64,000 bases of DNA from Promethearchaeota archaeon (GTDB lineage Archaea; Asgardarchaeota; Lokiarchaeia; Sigyniarchaeales; SOKP01). Made by a program: the position numbers and the translations under genes. How positions within the stretch are numbered: the first letter of the stretch is position 1; each line of letters begins with the position of its first letter. Below, one piece after another: positions 44,658 to 54,960 of the stretch. The notes beneath the pieces are model-generated. The model did not search any database. It was not told the origin of the DNA and saw nothing but the letters and a program-made list of their open reading frames with translations. The DNA is taken from NCBI GenBank assembly GCA_048939995.1, contig JBHLOY010000002.1, forward strand, positions 384,001 to 448,000. The letters are read 5' to 3'.

Positions 44658-46829
44658 ATGACAGTCGATCACGATCTCTCTTACTTTTTTAGTCCAAAGA
44701 GTATTGCAGTAGTTGGAACAAGTCCTACTCCGGGGAAAGTTGGCTATAATGTATTAAAAAATATAATAGACTCAGGATATTCAGGGAAGATTTACCCTAT
44801 TCATCCTATAGCAAAAGATATTCTTAGTTGTAAGTCTTATAAAAGTGTATTAGAAGTTCCAAACGAGATTGATATTGCTATTATAGTAATTCCAGCTAAA
44901 AATGTCATTTCTGTTGCTAAAGAGTGTGGAAAGAAAAAGATTAAGGGTTTGGTAATAATATCTGCCGGTTTTAAAGAGATTGGAGGAGAAGGTATTCAGA
45001 GAGAACGAGATCTTATCGATATTGCAGTAAAATATAAAATGAGAATTATTGGTCCTAACTGTTTAGGCTTCATTGGAACTCAATATAATGGGTCTTTTGC
45101 ATCTAATACTCCCAAAAAAGGACATATTGCGATGATATCTCAATCTGGTGCCATGTTAACTGGGATGATGGATTATTCTATGGATCAAGCTTTTGGATTC
45201 TCATGCAATATAAGCTTAGGAAATAAAGCAGATCTTGATGAAGTCGACTTTATCGAGTATTTAGCGGAAGACCCTGATACAAAAGTTATTTTATGTTATT
45301 TAGAAAGCGTAGAAGATGGAGAAAAATTCCTTAAAGTGGTTTCTAAAGCTTCAAGAAAGAAGCCAATAATTATTCTGAAAGCAGGTATAAGTGAAGCAGG
45401 GGCAAGAGCTGCATCAAGTCATACTGGTGCTCTTGCGGGATCTGATATAGCTTATACTCTCGCATTTGAAAAGTGTGGGGTTTTACGAGCAAAAACAATA
45501 GAAGATCTATTCGATTATGGAGAAATTTTTTTATACCAACCCATACCAAAAAAGAATTCGTTTGCGATTATCACAAATGCAGGAGGTCCTGGTATTGTAG
45601 CTACTGATGCATTCGAACGTGAGAATTTGAAATTTGCTCAGTTTGCAGAACCTATTTTGCACCAATTACGAGATAAATTACCACCAGAGGCTGCTATATT
45701 CAATCCCGTTGATATCATTGGAGACGCAACACCAGAAAGATATAATTTTACACTAAAAACGATATTTGGTCTAAATTCAGAAATGAATTCAATAAAAATA
45801 GATCAAGAGGATATTACTACTTATGGAGCGTTAATTATTATGTCTCCTCAAGCACAGACTAAACCTGATGATGTTGCAAAAATTATACACAATTTATCTA
45901 AAGAGTATCTAACAGAAAAGCCAATAATTTGTTCCTTTATAGGGGGAGTTTCAGTCAATAAGGCTGTAAAATATTTAAAGCAACATCACATTCCATGTTA
46001 TCCCTTCCCTGAGCAAGGAGCACAATCTCTTAAAGTAATGGTTGATTACGGTGAGTATTTACAAAGTATACCTATAGACCAATTTAATGTCCCTCAATTT
46101 GATGTAAATAAAGATAGAGTTAAAGAAATTTTTCATAATGTTAGAAATGATGGCAGAACAGTTCTTTTAAGTCATGAGTCAAGTGAAGTATTCGAATGCT
46201 ATGGTATTAAATCACCAAAGTCAAAATTAGCCCAAACTCCCCGTGAAGCAATGAAATTACAAGAAGAGCTGGGATTAGCAGTAATGAAAATAGTTTCTCC
46301 CCAGATAATCCACAAAAGTGATATAGGAGGGATAATATTAAATATAGCATCCCCAGAACAAGCATTTGAGGCTTATATTCAAATTATTGATAACTCAAAG
46401 CGATTTGGCCCTCAGAATGCGAAAGTGTATGGTGTTGAAGTGCAAGAAATGATTGATTACAAAAAGCAAAAAAAGGTAAATGAATTAATTATTGGAATGT
46501 CACGAGACCCCCAATTTGGTGCTCTACTAATGGTTGGTTCTGGAGGAATTTATGCTAATTTTCTAAAAGACGTATCATTTGCTCTATCATATAAATTTAC
46601 TTCTGAAGATGCTAAAAAGATGCTTTATAACACTAAAATATTTAGTTTATTACAAGGAGTTAGAGGTGAAAGTCCTTCAGATACAGATGCAATAATTGAA
46701 GTTCTGTTAAAGCTTTCTCAACTAGTTAATGATTTCCCAGATATCATGGAATTGGATATTAATCCTCTTTTAAGTTTTATCCAAGGTTATTCTGCTGTTG
46801 ATATTAAAATTACAATCTCTCGTGAATGA
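44658..46829 (+). CDS. ADP-forming acetate/acyl-CoA ligase (fused alpha-beta)
   Basis: PKSIAVVG, GPNCLG, SQSGA, SHTGALAG phospho-His, NPVD, KIVSPQIIHKSDIGG, ELDINP. Confidence 0.93.
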   Translation: MTVDHDLSYFFSPKSIAVVGTSPTPGKVGYNVLKNIIDSGYSGKIYPIHPIAKDILSCKSYKSVLEVPNEIDIAIIVIPAKNVISVAKECGKKKIKGLVIISAGFKEIGGEGIQRERDLIDIAVKYKMRIIGPNCLGFIGTQYNGSFASNTPKKGHIAMISQSGAMLTGMMDYSMDQAFGFSCNISLGNKADLDEVDFIEYLAEDPDTKVILCYLESVEDGEKFLKVVSKASRKKPIIILKAGISEAGARAASSHTGALAGSDIAYTLAFEKCGVLRAKTIEDLFDYGEIFLYQPIPKKNSFAIITNAGGPGIVATDAFERENLKFAQFAEPILHQLRDKLPPEAAIFNPVDIIGDATPERYNFTLKTIFGLNSEMNSIKIDQEDITTYGALIIMSPQAQTKPDDVAKIIHNLSKEYLTEKPIICSFIGGVSVNKAVKYLKQHHIPCYPFPEQGAQSLKVMVDYGEYLQSIPIDQFNVPQFDVNKDRVKEIFHNVRNDGRTVLLSHESSEVFECYGIKSPKSKLAQTPREAMKLQEELGLAVMKIVSPQIIHKSDIGGIILNIASPEQAFEAYIQIIDNSKRFGPQNAKVYGVEVQEMIDYKKQKKVNELIIGMSRDPQFGALLMVGSGGIYANFLKDVSFALSYKFTSEDAKKMLYNTKIFSLLQGVRGESPSDTDAIIEVLLKLSQLVNDFPDIMELDINPLLSFIQGYSAVDIKITISRE

Positions 46830-46893
46830 ATTAAGAAAATATAAAATATTAGATATATTTAATTAAAATGATAAAAGAAAGAAGGAATGAGTT

Positions 46894-47958
46894 ATGGCAA
46901 AGACAATATATTTATGCTCCTTAGCTGAGCATGTGGGAAAAAGTTTAATCTCAATAGGGATAATGTTAAAGCTACAAGAAGAAGGGAAGAAAGTAGCTTA
47001 TTTTAAACCTATCGGTATTCCTCGAGGAGCCTACTCAAATAAAGCTGATCGTGATGTAGGATTCATACAAGCTACTGTATTTAGAACCACATTACCCTAT
47101 GACATTATTAGCCCTGTTTCGATTCCAGATTGCTATTACGTCGATTTAATTGATGCAACAAAAAAAGAAGATTATTTAGATAATATAAAGAAGGCTTATG
47201 ATGAATTAATTAAAGAATATGAATATATCATTATTGAAGGAGCTCCAAGCATCAAAAAATATATTCGTGTTGGATTAGACGATTTAACTGTAGCTCAAAA
47301 ATTAGGGTTAAATGAGCTTGTATTTATACAAGCGGAATCATCAGATAAGTGTATTGACAACTTATTTTTCACTAAAAAATATTTCGAATTTAGAAATATG
47401 AAATTTAAAGGAATAATATTTAACAAAATTGATTACGATTATAAAGCTCGAATTGAAGAATTGCAGGAAAACCATATTAATCGTTATGAAATCCCAGTAA
47501 TTGGGTTAATTGAAAAAACCTTAGAATTATTAAGCCCCAGAGTCTCTGAAATTCAATTTGCAATAGGCGCTGAATTACTTAATGAACCTGCGAGAGGAAA
47601 TTTAAATCAAATGGTCGAAACGTATATTATTGCTGCTATGAATGTTCAAGCAGCTTTAAAATATCTAAGATCTGTTAAGAAGGCAGCAGTAATAACAGGA
47701 GGTGATAGGATTGATGTTGTGCTTGCAGCATTAAAGGAAGATGTAGTTGCCTTAGTCTTAACAGGATTTATTCAACCAGACGCAGCTGTGATAAGTGCTG
47801 CAAATGAAAAAAAGGTACCAATCCTATTAAGTCCCAGTGATACGTATACTACAATAAGAAATATGGAGCGAGTAAAACCGGGAATTCAAGAAGAAGAGAT
47901 TAATCTAGTGAAAGATTTAGTCAAGAGTAAATTGAATTGGGATTTATTATTGAAGTAA
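46894..47958 (+). CDS. Phosphotransacetylase-family protein (BioD-like N-terminus plus DRTGG domain)
   Basis: GKS, AYFKPIG, IIIEG, ITGGDRIDV, LVLTG. Confidence 0.88.
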   Translation: MAKTIYLCSLAEHVGKSLISIGIMLKLQEEGKKVAYFKPIGIPRGAYSNKADRDVGFIQATVFRTTLPYDIISPVSIPDCYYVDLIDATKKEDYLDNIKKAYDELIKEYEYIIIEGAPSIKKYIRVGLDDLTVAQKLGLNELVFIQAESSDKCIDNLFFTKKYFEFRNMKFKGIIFNKIDYDYKARIEELQENHINRYEIPVIGLIEKTLELLSPRVSEIQFAIGAELLNEPARGNLNQMVETYIIAAMNVQAALKYLRSVKKAAVITGGDRIDVVLAALKEDVVALVLTGFIQPDAAVISAANEKKVPILLSPSDTYTTIRNMERVKPGIQEEEINLVKDLVKSKLNWDLLLK

Positions 47959-48023
47959 TTAATCTAATTTTTTAAAAAGTAAAAAAAAAGTAATTAAAAA
48001 TTAATTTTTCAAGTTATATTTCT

Positions 48024-48350
48024 TTAAGGAAACATCATCCATCCAAATCCAAGCAAGCCAAGAATAAAAGCACCTAAAAATACTATGATTATGATGCTTA
48101 ATAAAAGTCCGATTATTCCTAAGACTAATCCTGCTATTCCTAATCCCTTTGAGTCATCTTTTGCAATTCCTATTCCTCCAAAAATGATTCCTAGTGCACC
48201 AAAAGGAATACCTAAAAAGAATAACCAACATAGTACAAGGGATAAGATACCAAATATTAATCCAAGAATTCCAAAAACTTTTCCCATTGAACTCACACTA
48301 TATTTTTTTATACTCATTTCTAGTTGAAACGATGTTATTAATAATTGCAC
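48024..48350 (-). CDS. Small membrane protein (DUF4190-like)
   Basis: Three Gly-rich TM segments (GLGIAGLVLGIIG); real start probably a downstream Met. Confidence 0.65.
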   Translation of the reverse strand: MQLLITSFQLEMSIKKYSVSSMGKVFGILGLIFGILSLVLCWLFFLGIPFGALGIIFGGIGIAKDDSKGLGIAGLVLGIIGLLLSIIIIVFLGAFILGLLGFGWMMFP

Positions 48351-48508
48351 TAATACTATTTAAATATTTATGTTAACGGGGGAAATATTTCCCTCAAAAA
48401 AACCTTTCAAAAATTAAAATTGGCTAAAATTATTGACTCTTTTACCTATTCGACAAAAAAGTAAATTATAGTTTTAAATAGTTACACGTAGTTAATCAAT
48501 ATATACAT

Positions 48509-50077
48509 TTGGTGGTAATTTTGGAAAAGAATAGAGAAAATAAAAGTTTAATTGTTATTGGTGGAGGAATTACAGGTTTAAGCACCGCTTTAACATGGGC
48601 ACTTAATCATGATGTGAAAAAAGAACATGTTCTTTTAATCGAGAAAGAACCTAAAACTGGTGGTTATGTCACTTCATATGAAAGGGATGGATTCCTATTC
48701 GATACATGTCAAATGATTCCTAACTTATCTGACATCTTAAATTATCTCGGGATAAAAATTGACCTCAAAGCATTCACAGGTTATTATATGAGGATTTTCT
48801 TGGTGAATCCCAAGACTCAGGAAAGAAAAGTTCTTGAATTACCTTCCGGAGTAGAATTTTTTAAAAAAGAATTAATGCGAAAATATCCCAATAATGCAGA
48901 GCAAATAGAAAAATTCTTAGATTATTCAAGAGCAATGTATCTTGAATTATTTGACTTAAAAGTTGAACCAACTATTGGCGAAATCTTTAAGACTTTAATA
49001 AAATGTCCAAAAATCGTTAAAAACGGTTCTAAAACTTTTAAGAGTTATTTTGAAAAATTTGGTATAACTGAACCCGAAGTGATTGAAATATTTAATGTTT
49101 TTGCAGAATTTAGCGCCCTTCCAGCGGAGCAAGTAACATCGATTGTACCGATTTCTGCTATGAATTCATTATTAGATGGAGTTTTTCGTCCAACAAAAGG
49201 TTTCATCGAATTACCTAAGCAATTAGAAAAAAGATATCTTAGTTTAGGGGGTGAATTGCGTGTAAACACCAAAGTAAAAAATATTATTATTGAAAAGGGA
49301 ACTGTCAAAGGAGTTAAATTAGAAAATAATGAGGAACTTGAAGCTAATTATGTTGTAAGTACCATTGATCCTAAAGTCGCTATGAGAGATATGGTTGGAT
49401 TAGATTTAATTAGGCAATTAGATAAAAAATATGCAGATAAAGTCGAAGAGGTGAAGATGTCTTGTTCTTCAATAAATTTAAGCATTGGTTTGGATGACGA
49501 AGTCGATTTAGCGGCATTAGGTATGGATTGTGGCTATAATGTGATAACAACGGGAGAAGATACGTATGACCGATTGTTTGAGTATTATGAACGAGGGGAA
49601 ATCGGGTTTTCTGATACAAGATTTCATCTTGGAGTAGTTTGCCCTTCTTTAACCACTGGAGGAAAACCTAATATAACTGTTCGAATAACACCCGTAGCTT
49701 TAGCTGATTGGCAAGAATTAAGAGGAAAAAATCCCGAAGAGTATAAAAAACGAAAAGAAGAATGGGCCGATTTCTTTATTGATAAAGTAGAGAAGTATTT
49801 AATTCCAAATTTACGAGAGCATCTAAGAGTGCTTGATATATCTACTCCTGCTACTTATGCTCGTTACTCTGGATCTCCCACTGGCGCTATTTATGATATG
49901 GCTCCATATACCAATAACTTCGGTAGAACACGATTGAAAATGCGAACCCCTATAAAAGGATTATTTCAGCCTAAATTTGTTCACGGAGTTTTCGGGTGCC
50001 TCCTTGCAGGTTTACAAGTAAATGATATGATTCTAAATAGAAAAATTATGGATGGAAATGCTCGTTATAGAGCATAA
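48509..50077 (+). CDS. Phytoene desaturase/CrtI-family FAD oxidoreductase
   Basis: VIGGGITGL, EK....GGY..S..RDGFLFD, STPATYARY...P.GAIY, TPIKGLF. Confidence 0.85.
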   Translation: MVVILEKNRENKSLIVIGGGITGLSTALTWALNHDVKKEHVLLIEKEPKTGGYVTSYERDGFLFDTCQMIPNLSDILNYLGIKIDLKAFTGYYMRIFLVNPKTQERKVLELPSGVEFFKKELMRKYPNNAEQIEKFLDYSRAMYLELFDLKVEPTIGEIFKTLIKCPKIVKNGSKTFKSYFEKFGITEPEVIEIFNVFAEFSALPAEQVTSIVPISAMNSLLDGVFRPTKGFIELPKQLEKRYLSLGGELRVNTKVKNIIIEKGTVKGVKLENNEELEANYVVSTIDPKVAMRDMVGLDLIRQLDKKYADKVEEVKMSCSSINLSIGLDDEVDLAALGMDCGYNVITTGEDTYDRLFEYYERGEIGFSDTRFHLGVVCPSLTTGGKPNITVRITPVALADWQELRGKNPEEYKKRKEEWADFFIDKVEKYLIPNLREHLRVLDISTPATYARYSGSPTGAIYDMAPYTNNFGRTRLKMRTPIKGLFQPKFVHGVFGCLLAGLQVNDMILNRKIMDGNARYRA

Positions 50078-50095
50078 ATATATTGAATGGTAAAT

Positions 50096-50311
50096 TTACC
50101 ATGCAGAATGCCGTAGAATGGCATTAGTAGGACAAACTCCATCACATGCCAGACAATCCGTGCATTCTCCAATATTATCTGCCACAACTTTTCCATCTTC
50201 CAATCTATAGACTTCAACGGGACAAACATCTATACAATCCGCAGCACCAATGCATAAATCCAAATCAACTTCGACCCAATGGTCGTTATCCTCCCATTTT
50301 TTAATATTCAT
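50096..50311 (-). CDS. Dicluster ferredoxin
   Basis: CIGAADCIDVCP and CTDCLACDGVCP (7Fe-like). Confidence 0.88.
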   Translation of the reverse strand: MNIKKWEDNDHWVEVDLDLCIGAADCIDVCPVEVYRLEDGKVVADNIGECTDCLACDGVCPTNAILRHSAW

Positions 50312-50456
50312 AATTCCATCTATAAAAGGAGATTATTTAAAGATTTCTCTTAAGTTTTCATTGATCTCATGAAAACAATTTAACAGCATTTAAATAAAAA
50401 GATGTGTAAATTAATATTAATAATCCAACTTTTAAAATTTAAGAGGGCATAAACCT

Positions 50457-51566
50457 ATGTTAGAACCTTTTTGCACAAAATTAGCGAATTTGGCAATCAA
50501 TTATTCTATTAACGTAAAGAAGGGAGATAGAATTGTTATATTGGGACCAGTATTCGCAAAAGACTTATTTTTAGCATTACAAGTTGAAATTTTAAAAGCA
50601 GGTGGGCATCCTCTTTTAATTCCTCAATTAGATGGAGAGGATGAGTTATTTTTTAAATATGCTACTGATGAGCAATTATGTTATTTTGATAATATTTTTG
50701 TTACCATGGCAAAAGAATTCGATGGTTTGGTACAAATATTTGCTGATTATAATAGTAAAAAACTAACTTTAGTTGATCCAAAGAAATTGAGCAAAAATCG
50801 AAGCGCAGCAAAAAGATTTGAAATGTTGAAAATTTTTAATGAAAGAGAAGCGAAGGGAGAAGTTAGTTGGGTGGGGATTCCTTATCCATACCACTCAGCC
50901 GCCCAAGAGGCATGTATGGACTTATTTTCTTATTATGATTTCGTAGAGAAAGCTTTATTTTTAGATAAAGAGGATCCTGTACAAGAATGGAAAACCCTTA
51001 AAAGAAAACAGGATGTTATTGTATCTTTTTTAAATGGTATAAAAAAGATGCAAGTATTAGGCGAAGACACTGATTTAACATTATCAGTAGAAGGAAGAAC
51101 TTGGGATAATTGTAGTGGTAAAGTAAATTTACCTGACGGTGAAGTATACACAGGTCCTATTGAAGATTCGGTAAATGGTCATATTAGATTTACCTATCCT
51201 GGAATTTACTTAGGTCAAGAAATTGAAAATATATTCCTAGAATTTAAAGATGGGAAAGTAATTAAAGGAACTGCAGATAAAGGGGAAGAACTTCTACAAG
51301 AGATAATGAAAATTAGGAATGCAAATAAATTAGGTGAGTTTGCTGTTGGAACCAATTATGGAATTACTCAATTTACTAAAAACATGTTATTTGATGAAAA
51401 AATGGGAGGAACCCTTCACTGCGCTTTAGGGTTAGGATTTCCTAAAACTGGTTCGAAAAATTTTAGTGTTATCCATTGGGACATCTTAAAAGATATGAAG
51501 TTACCTGGTTCAAAGATTATAGCGGATGAAAAGGTTATTTATGAAGAGGGTAGATGGAAAATCTAA
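50457..51566 (+). CDS. Aminopeptidase, family M29 (AmpS/AmpT-like)
   Basis: NLPDGEVYTGP, LGEFAVG, LFDEKMGGTLHCALG, SVIHWD. Confidence 0.93.
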   Translation: MLEPFCTKLANLAINYSINVKKGDRIVILGPVFAKDLFLALQVEILKAGGHPLLIPQLDGEDELFFKYATDEQLCYFDNIFVTMAKEFDGLVQIFADYNSKKLTLVDPKKLSKNRSAAKRFEMLKIFNEREAKGEVSWVGIPYPYHSAAQEACMDLFSYYDFVEKALFLDKEDPVQEWKTLKRKQDVIVSFLNGIKKMQVLGEDTDLTLSVEGRTWDNCSGKVNLPDGEVYTGPIEDSVNGHIRFTYPGIYLGQEIENIFLEFKDGKVIKGTADKGEELLQEIMKIRNANKLGEFAVGTNYGITQFTKNMLFDEKMGGTLHCALGLGFPKTGSKNFSVIHWDILKDMKLPGSKIIADEKVIYEEGRWKI

Positions 51567-51624
51567 AATTATTATTGTTTTCCTTTACTTTATTACTAAA
51601 ATTTTTAAAAAATAGTGAGTTAAA

Positions 51625-52734
51625 ATGATCAACCCCATGTATGAGAAATTAGCAAATATTGTTGTAAATTATTCTCTCGAAGTCAAAAAAGGACATAGAG
51701 TAGCTATAACTGGGCCTGCTTTTGCAAAGGAGCTATTCCAGGCATTATATGCTGAAACAATTAAGAGCGGAGCTCATCCTTTAGCAATACCTCAAATTGA
51801 AGGCTTAAACGAACTTCTTTTTCAATTAGCTTCTGAAGAACAACTAGGTTATGTGGATGATGCAATTAAACACATTATGAGTAATTTTAACAGCTATATA
51901 CAAATCAGAGCAGATTATAATACTCAGAAATTAACAACAATAGATCCTAAAAAGATTGCTAAAAACCAGGGCTCTCCACAATATAAAGAAATTATGAAAA
52001 TCTTAATGGAGAGGTCTGCTAGTGAAGAGTTGAAATGGATTATTGTACCCTTTCCATGTCAGGCGTATGCTCAAGAAGCAAAAATGGATATTTTTTCTTA
52101 TAGTGAATTTGTAAATGAAGCATTATTATTAGATAAAGAAAACCCTCTTGAAGAGTGGAAGAAGATTCAGATTAAACAAGAAAATATTGTTGAAAAATTA
52201 AATCAAGCAGATAAAATTCGCGTTATTGGTGCAGATACTGAATTAGTTTTATCAGTAAAAGACAGAATTTGGAAAAATTGCTGTGGTAAGAATAATTTGC
52301 CCGATGGAGAGGTTTATACTGGTCCTATTGAGGATTCAGTAAATGGTAATATTCGATTTACCTATCCAGGAATTTATCAGGGAAGAGAAATTGAAAATAT
52401 ATATTTGGAATTTAAAGATGGTAGAGTAATAAAAGCAACAGCAGATAAAGGACAAGAATTACTCAATGAAATTCTAAAGATTGAAAATGCCGATAGATTG
52501 GGAGAATTCGCAATAGGAACAAATTATGGAATTACTCAGTTTACTAAAAACATGCTATTTGACGAAAAAATGGGTGGAACTATTCACTGCGCTTTAGGGT
52601 TAGGAATGGCTGAAACGGGATCGAAAAATGTGAGTGCTATTCATTGGGATATACTAAAAGATATGAAAGTTCCTGGTTCCAAAATATTTGTTGGTGAACA
52701 AATAATTTATGAAGAAGGGAAATGGAAAATCTAA
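51625..52734 (+). CDS. Aminopeptidase, family M29 (tandem paralogue)
   Basis: Same motifs and same length (369 aa) as the upstream gene. Confidence 0.93.
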   Translation: MINPMYEKLANIVVNYSLEVKKGHRVAITGPAFAKELFQALYAETIKSGAHPLAIPQIEGLNELLFQLASEEQLGYVDDAIKHIMSNFNSYIQIRADYNTQKLTTIDPKKIAKNQGSPQYKEIMKILMERSASEELKWIIVPFPCQAYAQEAKMDIFSYSEFVNEALLLDKENPLEEWKKIQIKQENIVEKLNQADKIRVIGADTELVLSVKDRIWKNCCGKNNLPDGEVYTGPIEDSVNGNIRFTYPGIYQGREIENIYLEFKDGRVIKATADKGQELLNEILKIENADRLGEFAIGTNYGITQFTKNMLFDEKMGGTIHCALGLGMAETGSKNVSAIHWDILKDMKVPGSKIFVGEQIIYEEGKWKI

Positions 52735-52846
52735 TTTTTAATTTTTTTATAACAAATTTTGACATAAAGATTTTTTTTATATAAACTTTAAAAAACTAAT
52801 TTACTTAATTGTTTTCTAGTAAGCTGATTTCCAACTAGAAATTAAA

Positions 52847-53167
52847 TTGGTGACAAGCATAACTGAATTGGAAAAACGTTTTCTTATTTTCGAAATAAAT
52901 GAGGATCTGGAAGACTTTCAAAAGTTGGATATAGAAGAGGGTCCTATGTACAATATTTTAAAACCAGATTCCATATTTCTATTTCTCGATGAAGATAATA
53001 AGCAAATTTGGCTTTGGCATGGACGACATGCTGAAATTAGAAAAAAATTTATAGCTACTCAATCTGTTCCAAAAATTAGAGATCAATATGGAATAGATTA
53101 TAAAATAACCGCTGTTGACGATGGGAAAGAAGATATTATGTTTAAAGTATTCTTAGGTTTAGAATAA
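52847..53167 (+). CDS. Single-domain gelsolin-like protein
   Basis: L.PDSIFLFLDE...QIWLWHG......KKF.A...I...ITAVDDGKE...F pattern of the gelsolin/villin domain. Confidence 0.72.
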   Translation: MVTSITELEKRFLIFEINEDLEDFQKLDIEEGPMYNILKPDSIFLFLDEDNKQIWLWHGRHAEIRKKFIATQSVPKIRDQYGIDYKITAVDDGKEDIMFKVFLGLE

Positions 53168-53283
53168 TTACCATCTTTTACTTAATTATTAGAATAATGA
53201 GAGTTCTGTTGTTACATACATACTAAATTATCTTGAAATTTTTAAACTCCTCCTTTTTAATCTAATTAAGGTGGATTTATTTT

Positions 53284-53541
53284 ATGGAAAGTAATGATTC
53301 TATTTTTAATTCAACAAAAAGAGCTATTATTAATTTTGAAAACATCAAAGAAGCTATTCAAGGAATTTATGAAATTTTGAAAATTGTAATACCAAATGAA
53401 AATATTTATTTCAAGATGGGACAAGATAACATCGAAGCAATTTGTCAAAATTTGATAGAGCTATTAGTTAATGAACTTGGTGCAAAGGAATTTATGAAAA
53501 AAATTCAACGTGCAGAGATAGATTTAAATATGCCCCTTTAA
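53284..53541 (+). CDS. Hypothetical protein
   Basis: 85 aa helical ORF. Confidence 0.7.
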   Translation: MESNDSIFNSTKRAIINFENIKEAIQGIYEILKIVIPNENIYFKMGQDNIEAICQNLIELLVNELGAKEFMKKIQRAEIDLNMPL

Positions 53542-53557
53542 ATTAAATAAAAGTTTG

Positions 53558-54181
53558 CTATTTCAGAATTTTTCCAGTTTCCAAAAACCATAAATAAAGA
53601 TCTAATTCAGCTAAACTCAGATCAAGCTTATTTGCGATATTTTTTAAAATAATTTCAATTTCAATATATTTTTGTTTTGACATTGATTTCGGTTTTTCAA
53701 TCAGGTTATATTCAACTAGTAAGTCAACAATATGAAAATCTACAATAGCATAGTCATTAAATCCTATATTTCTTAAAAAGTGACTTGCTTCTTTATACCC
53801 GAATCCTTTAATATTTTTTATTAACCATTCTCTTAATTCATCATTAGAATCAAGTTTAATTTTTTCTTCTAAATCAATTTTAAAATCCCTAGCTTGAATG
53901 ATATATTGGGATCTAATATTAGGGAATCGATATCCATACTTTTTAAACATCTTGGTTAGGTCAGTTTGAGATAAGAAATTAAATTTCTCTCCAATTTTTT
54001 CATGAATTTCAATACATTTTTCAGCGGCGCAATTCGCAGTCATAATGCAGAAGCAAAGCTCCTTAAAGATGGTATCTCCATCCAAATCCCTAATCTCTGA
54101 AAATTCATTGATACGGGACTTTATAACTTCTGAAATTTCAGAACTTTTAAGTCTATTTATACTGTCGATTAAATCTTGCAT
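53558..54181 (-). CDS. ogg: 8-oxoguanine DNA glycosylase/AP lyase (Ogg2-type)
   Basis: ELCFCIMTAN, GYRFPN, IKGFGYKEASHFLRN, AIVDFH, LDLYLW, C-terminal GKILK. Confidence 0.92.
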   Translation of the reverse strand: MQDLIDSINRLKSSEISEVIKSRINEFSEIRDLDGDTIFKELCFCIMTANCAAEKCIEIHEKIGEKFNFLSQTDLTKMFKKYGYRFPNIRSQYIIQARDFKIDLEEKIKLDSNDELREWLIKNIKGFGYKEASHFLRNIGFNDYAIVDFHIVDLLVEYNLIEKPKSMSKQKYIEIEIILKNIANKLDLSLAELDLYLWFLETGKILK

Positions 54182-54433
54182 TAATGAATAAATACTATTA
54201 TAGGTGCTTTATATTATAATCTCTTTATATTGATAAGTGGATATCATCCTTACAGTAATATCTAAATATCATAATAGATAATTAGAGAACCCAAAAAATC
54301 CATCATTTGACTTCTGTGTTTTTTTATATTCAGAATAGTACGGAATAGAATCACATAAAAGTAAAATTCTAAATCAATTTAAAAATCAAGTCTTAAATTA
54401 ACATATTAGAAATAAGGGATTTCTATAACTAAA

Positions 54434-54739
54434 ATGTCTACTACCAATAATGACCTTGAAATGGATTTTTATATTAAAATTATTAATTTTTTCAAGAATC
54501 AACCATCAACTGATGAAACAATCGAAATCTGGAAAGATAACTCCCTTATTGAATTAATGAAAGTTCTTGAAAGAACAGAAAATAAAAAAATTATTCAAAA
54601 TGCAATTATATTATTAATCTCTTTATTTGAGCAAATTCCACCTGATCTGTATAATAACAAGGGTAGAAATTCAAAATTAATAGATGAAAAAGAAAAAAAA
54701 GCATATCTAAACCTAATGAAATCAGAATTTTTGGACTGA
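54434..54739 (+). CDS. Hypothetical protein
   Basis: 101 aa ORF with ATG start. Confidence 0.68.
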   Translation: MSTTNNDLEMDFYIKIINFFKNQPSTDETIEIWKDNSLIELMKVLERTENKKIIQNAIILLISLFEQIPPDLYNNKGRNSKLIDEKEKKAYLNLMKSEFLD

Positions 54740-54960
54740 AACGCTTTTAAAGTGAGCTGCTTTCTCGGATTTTTTTATTGACTAATAAAGAAGTAAACTT
54801 AAAAAAGATTTTTTTAAATAAGTTCACTTGAAAATATAATTTTTTTCCAAATTGGAAAACTTTATATATGCAATAATTAACTATAAAGAAAAATTTTTTA
54901 ATCTGGCTAAAATTTCACAAAAGTAATCAGATAAAATAATAAAATTCTAACCGTTTCACT

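Noticed and set aside
54182-54433. Intergenic stretch checked for a small ORF or RNA gene
   Set aside because: The frames I checked are interrupted by stops, and I saw no tRNA-like or stable structure.
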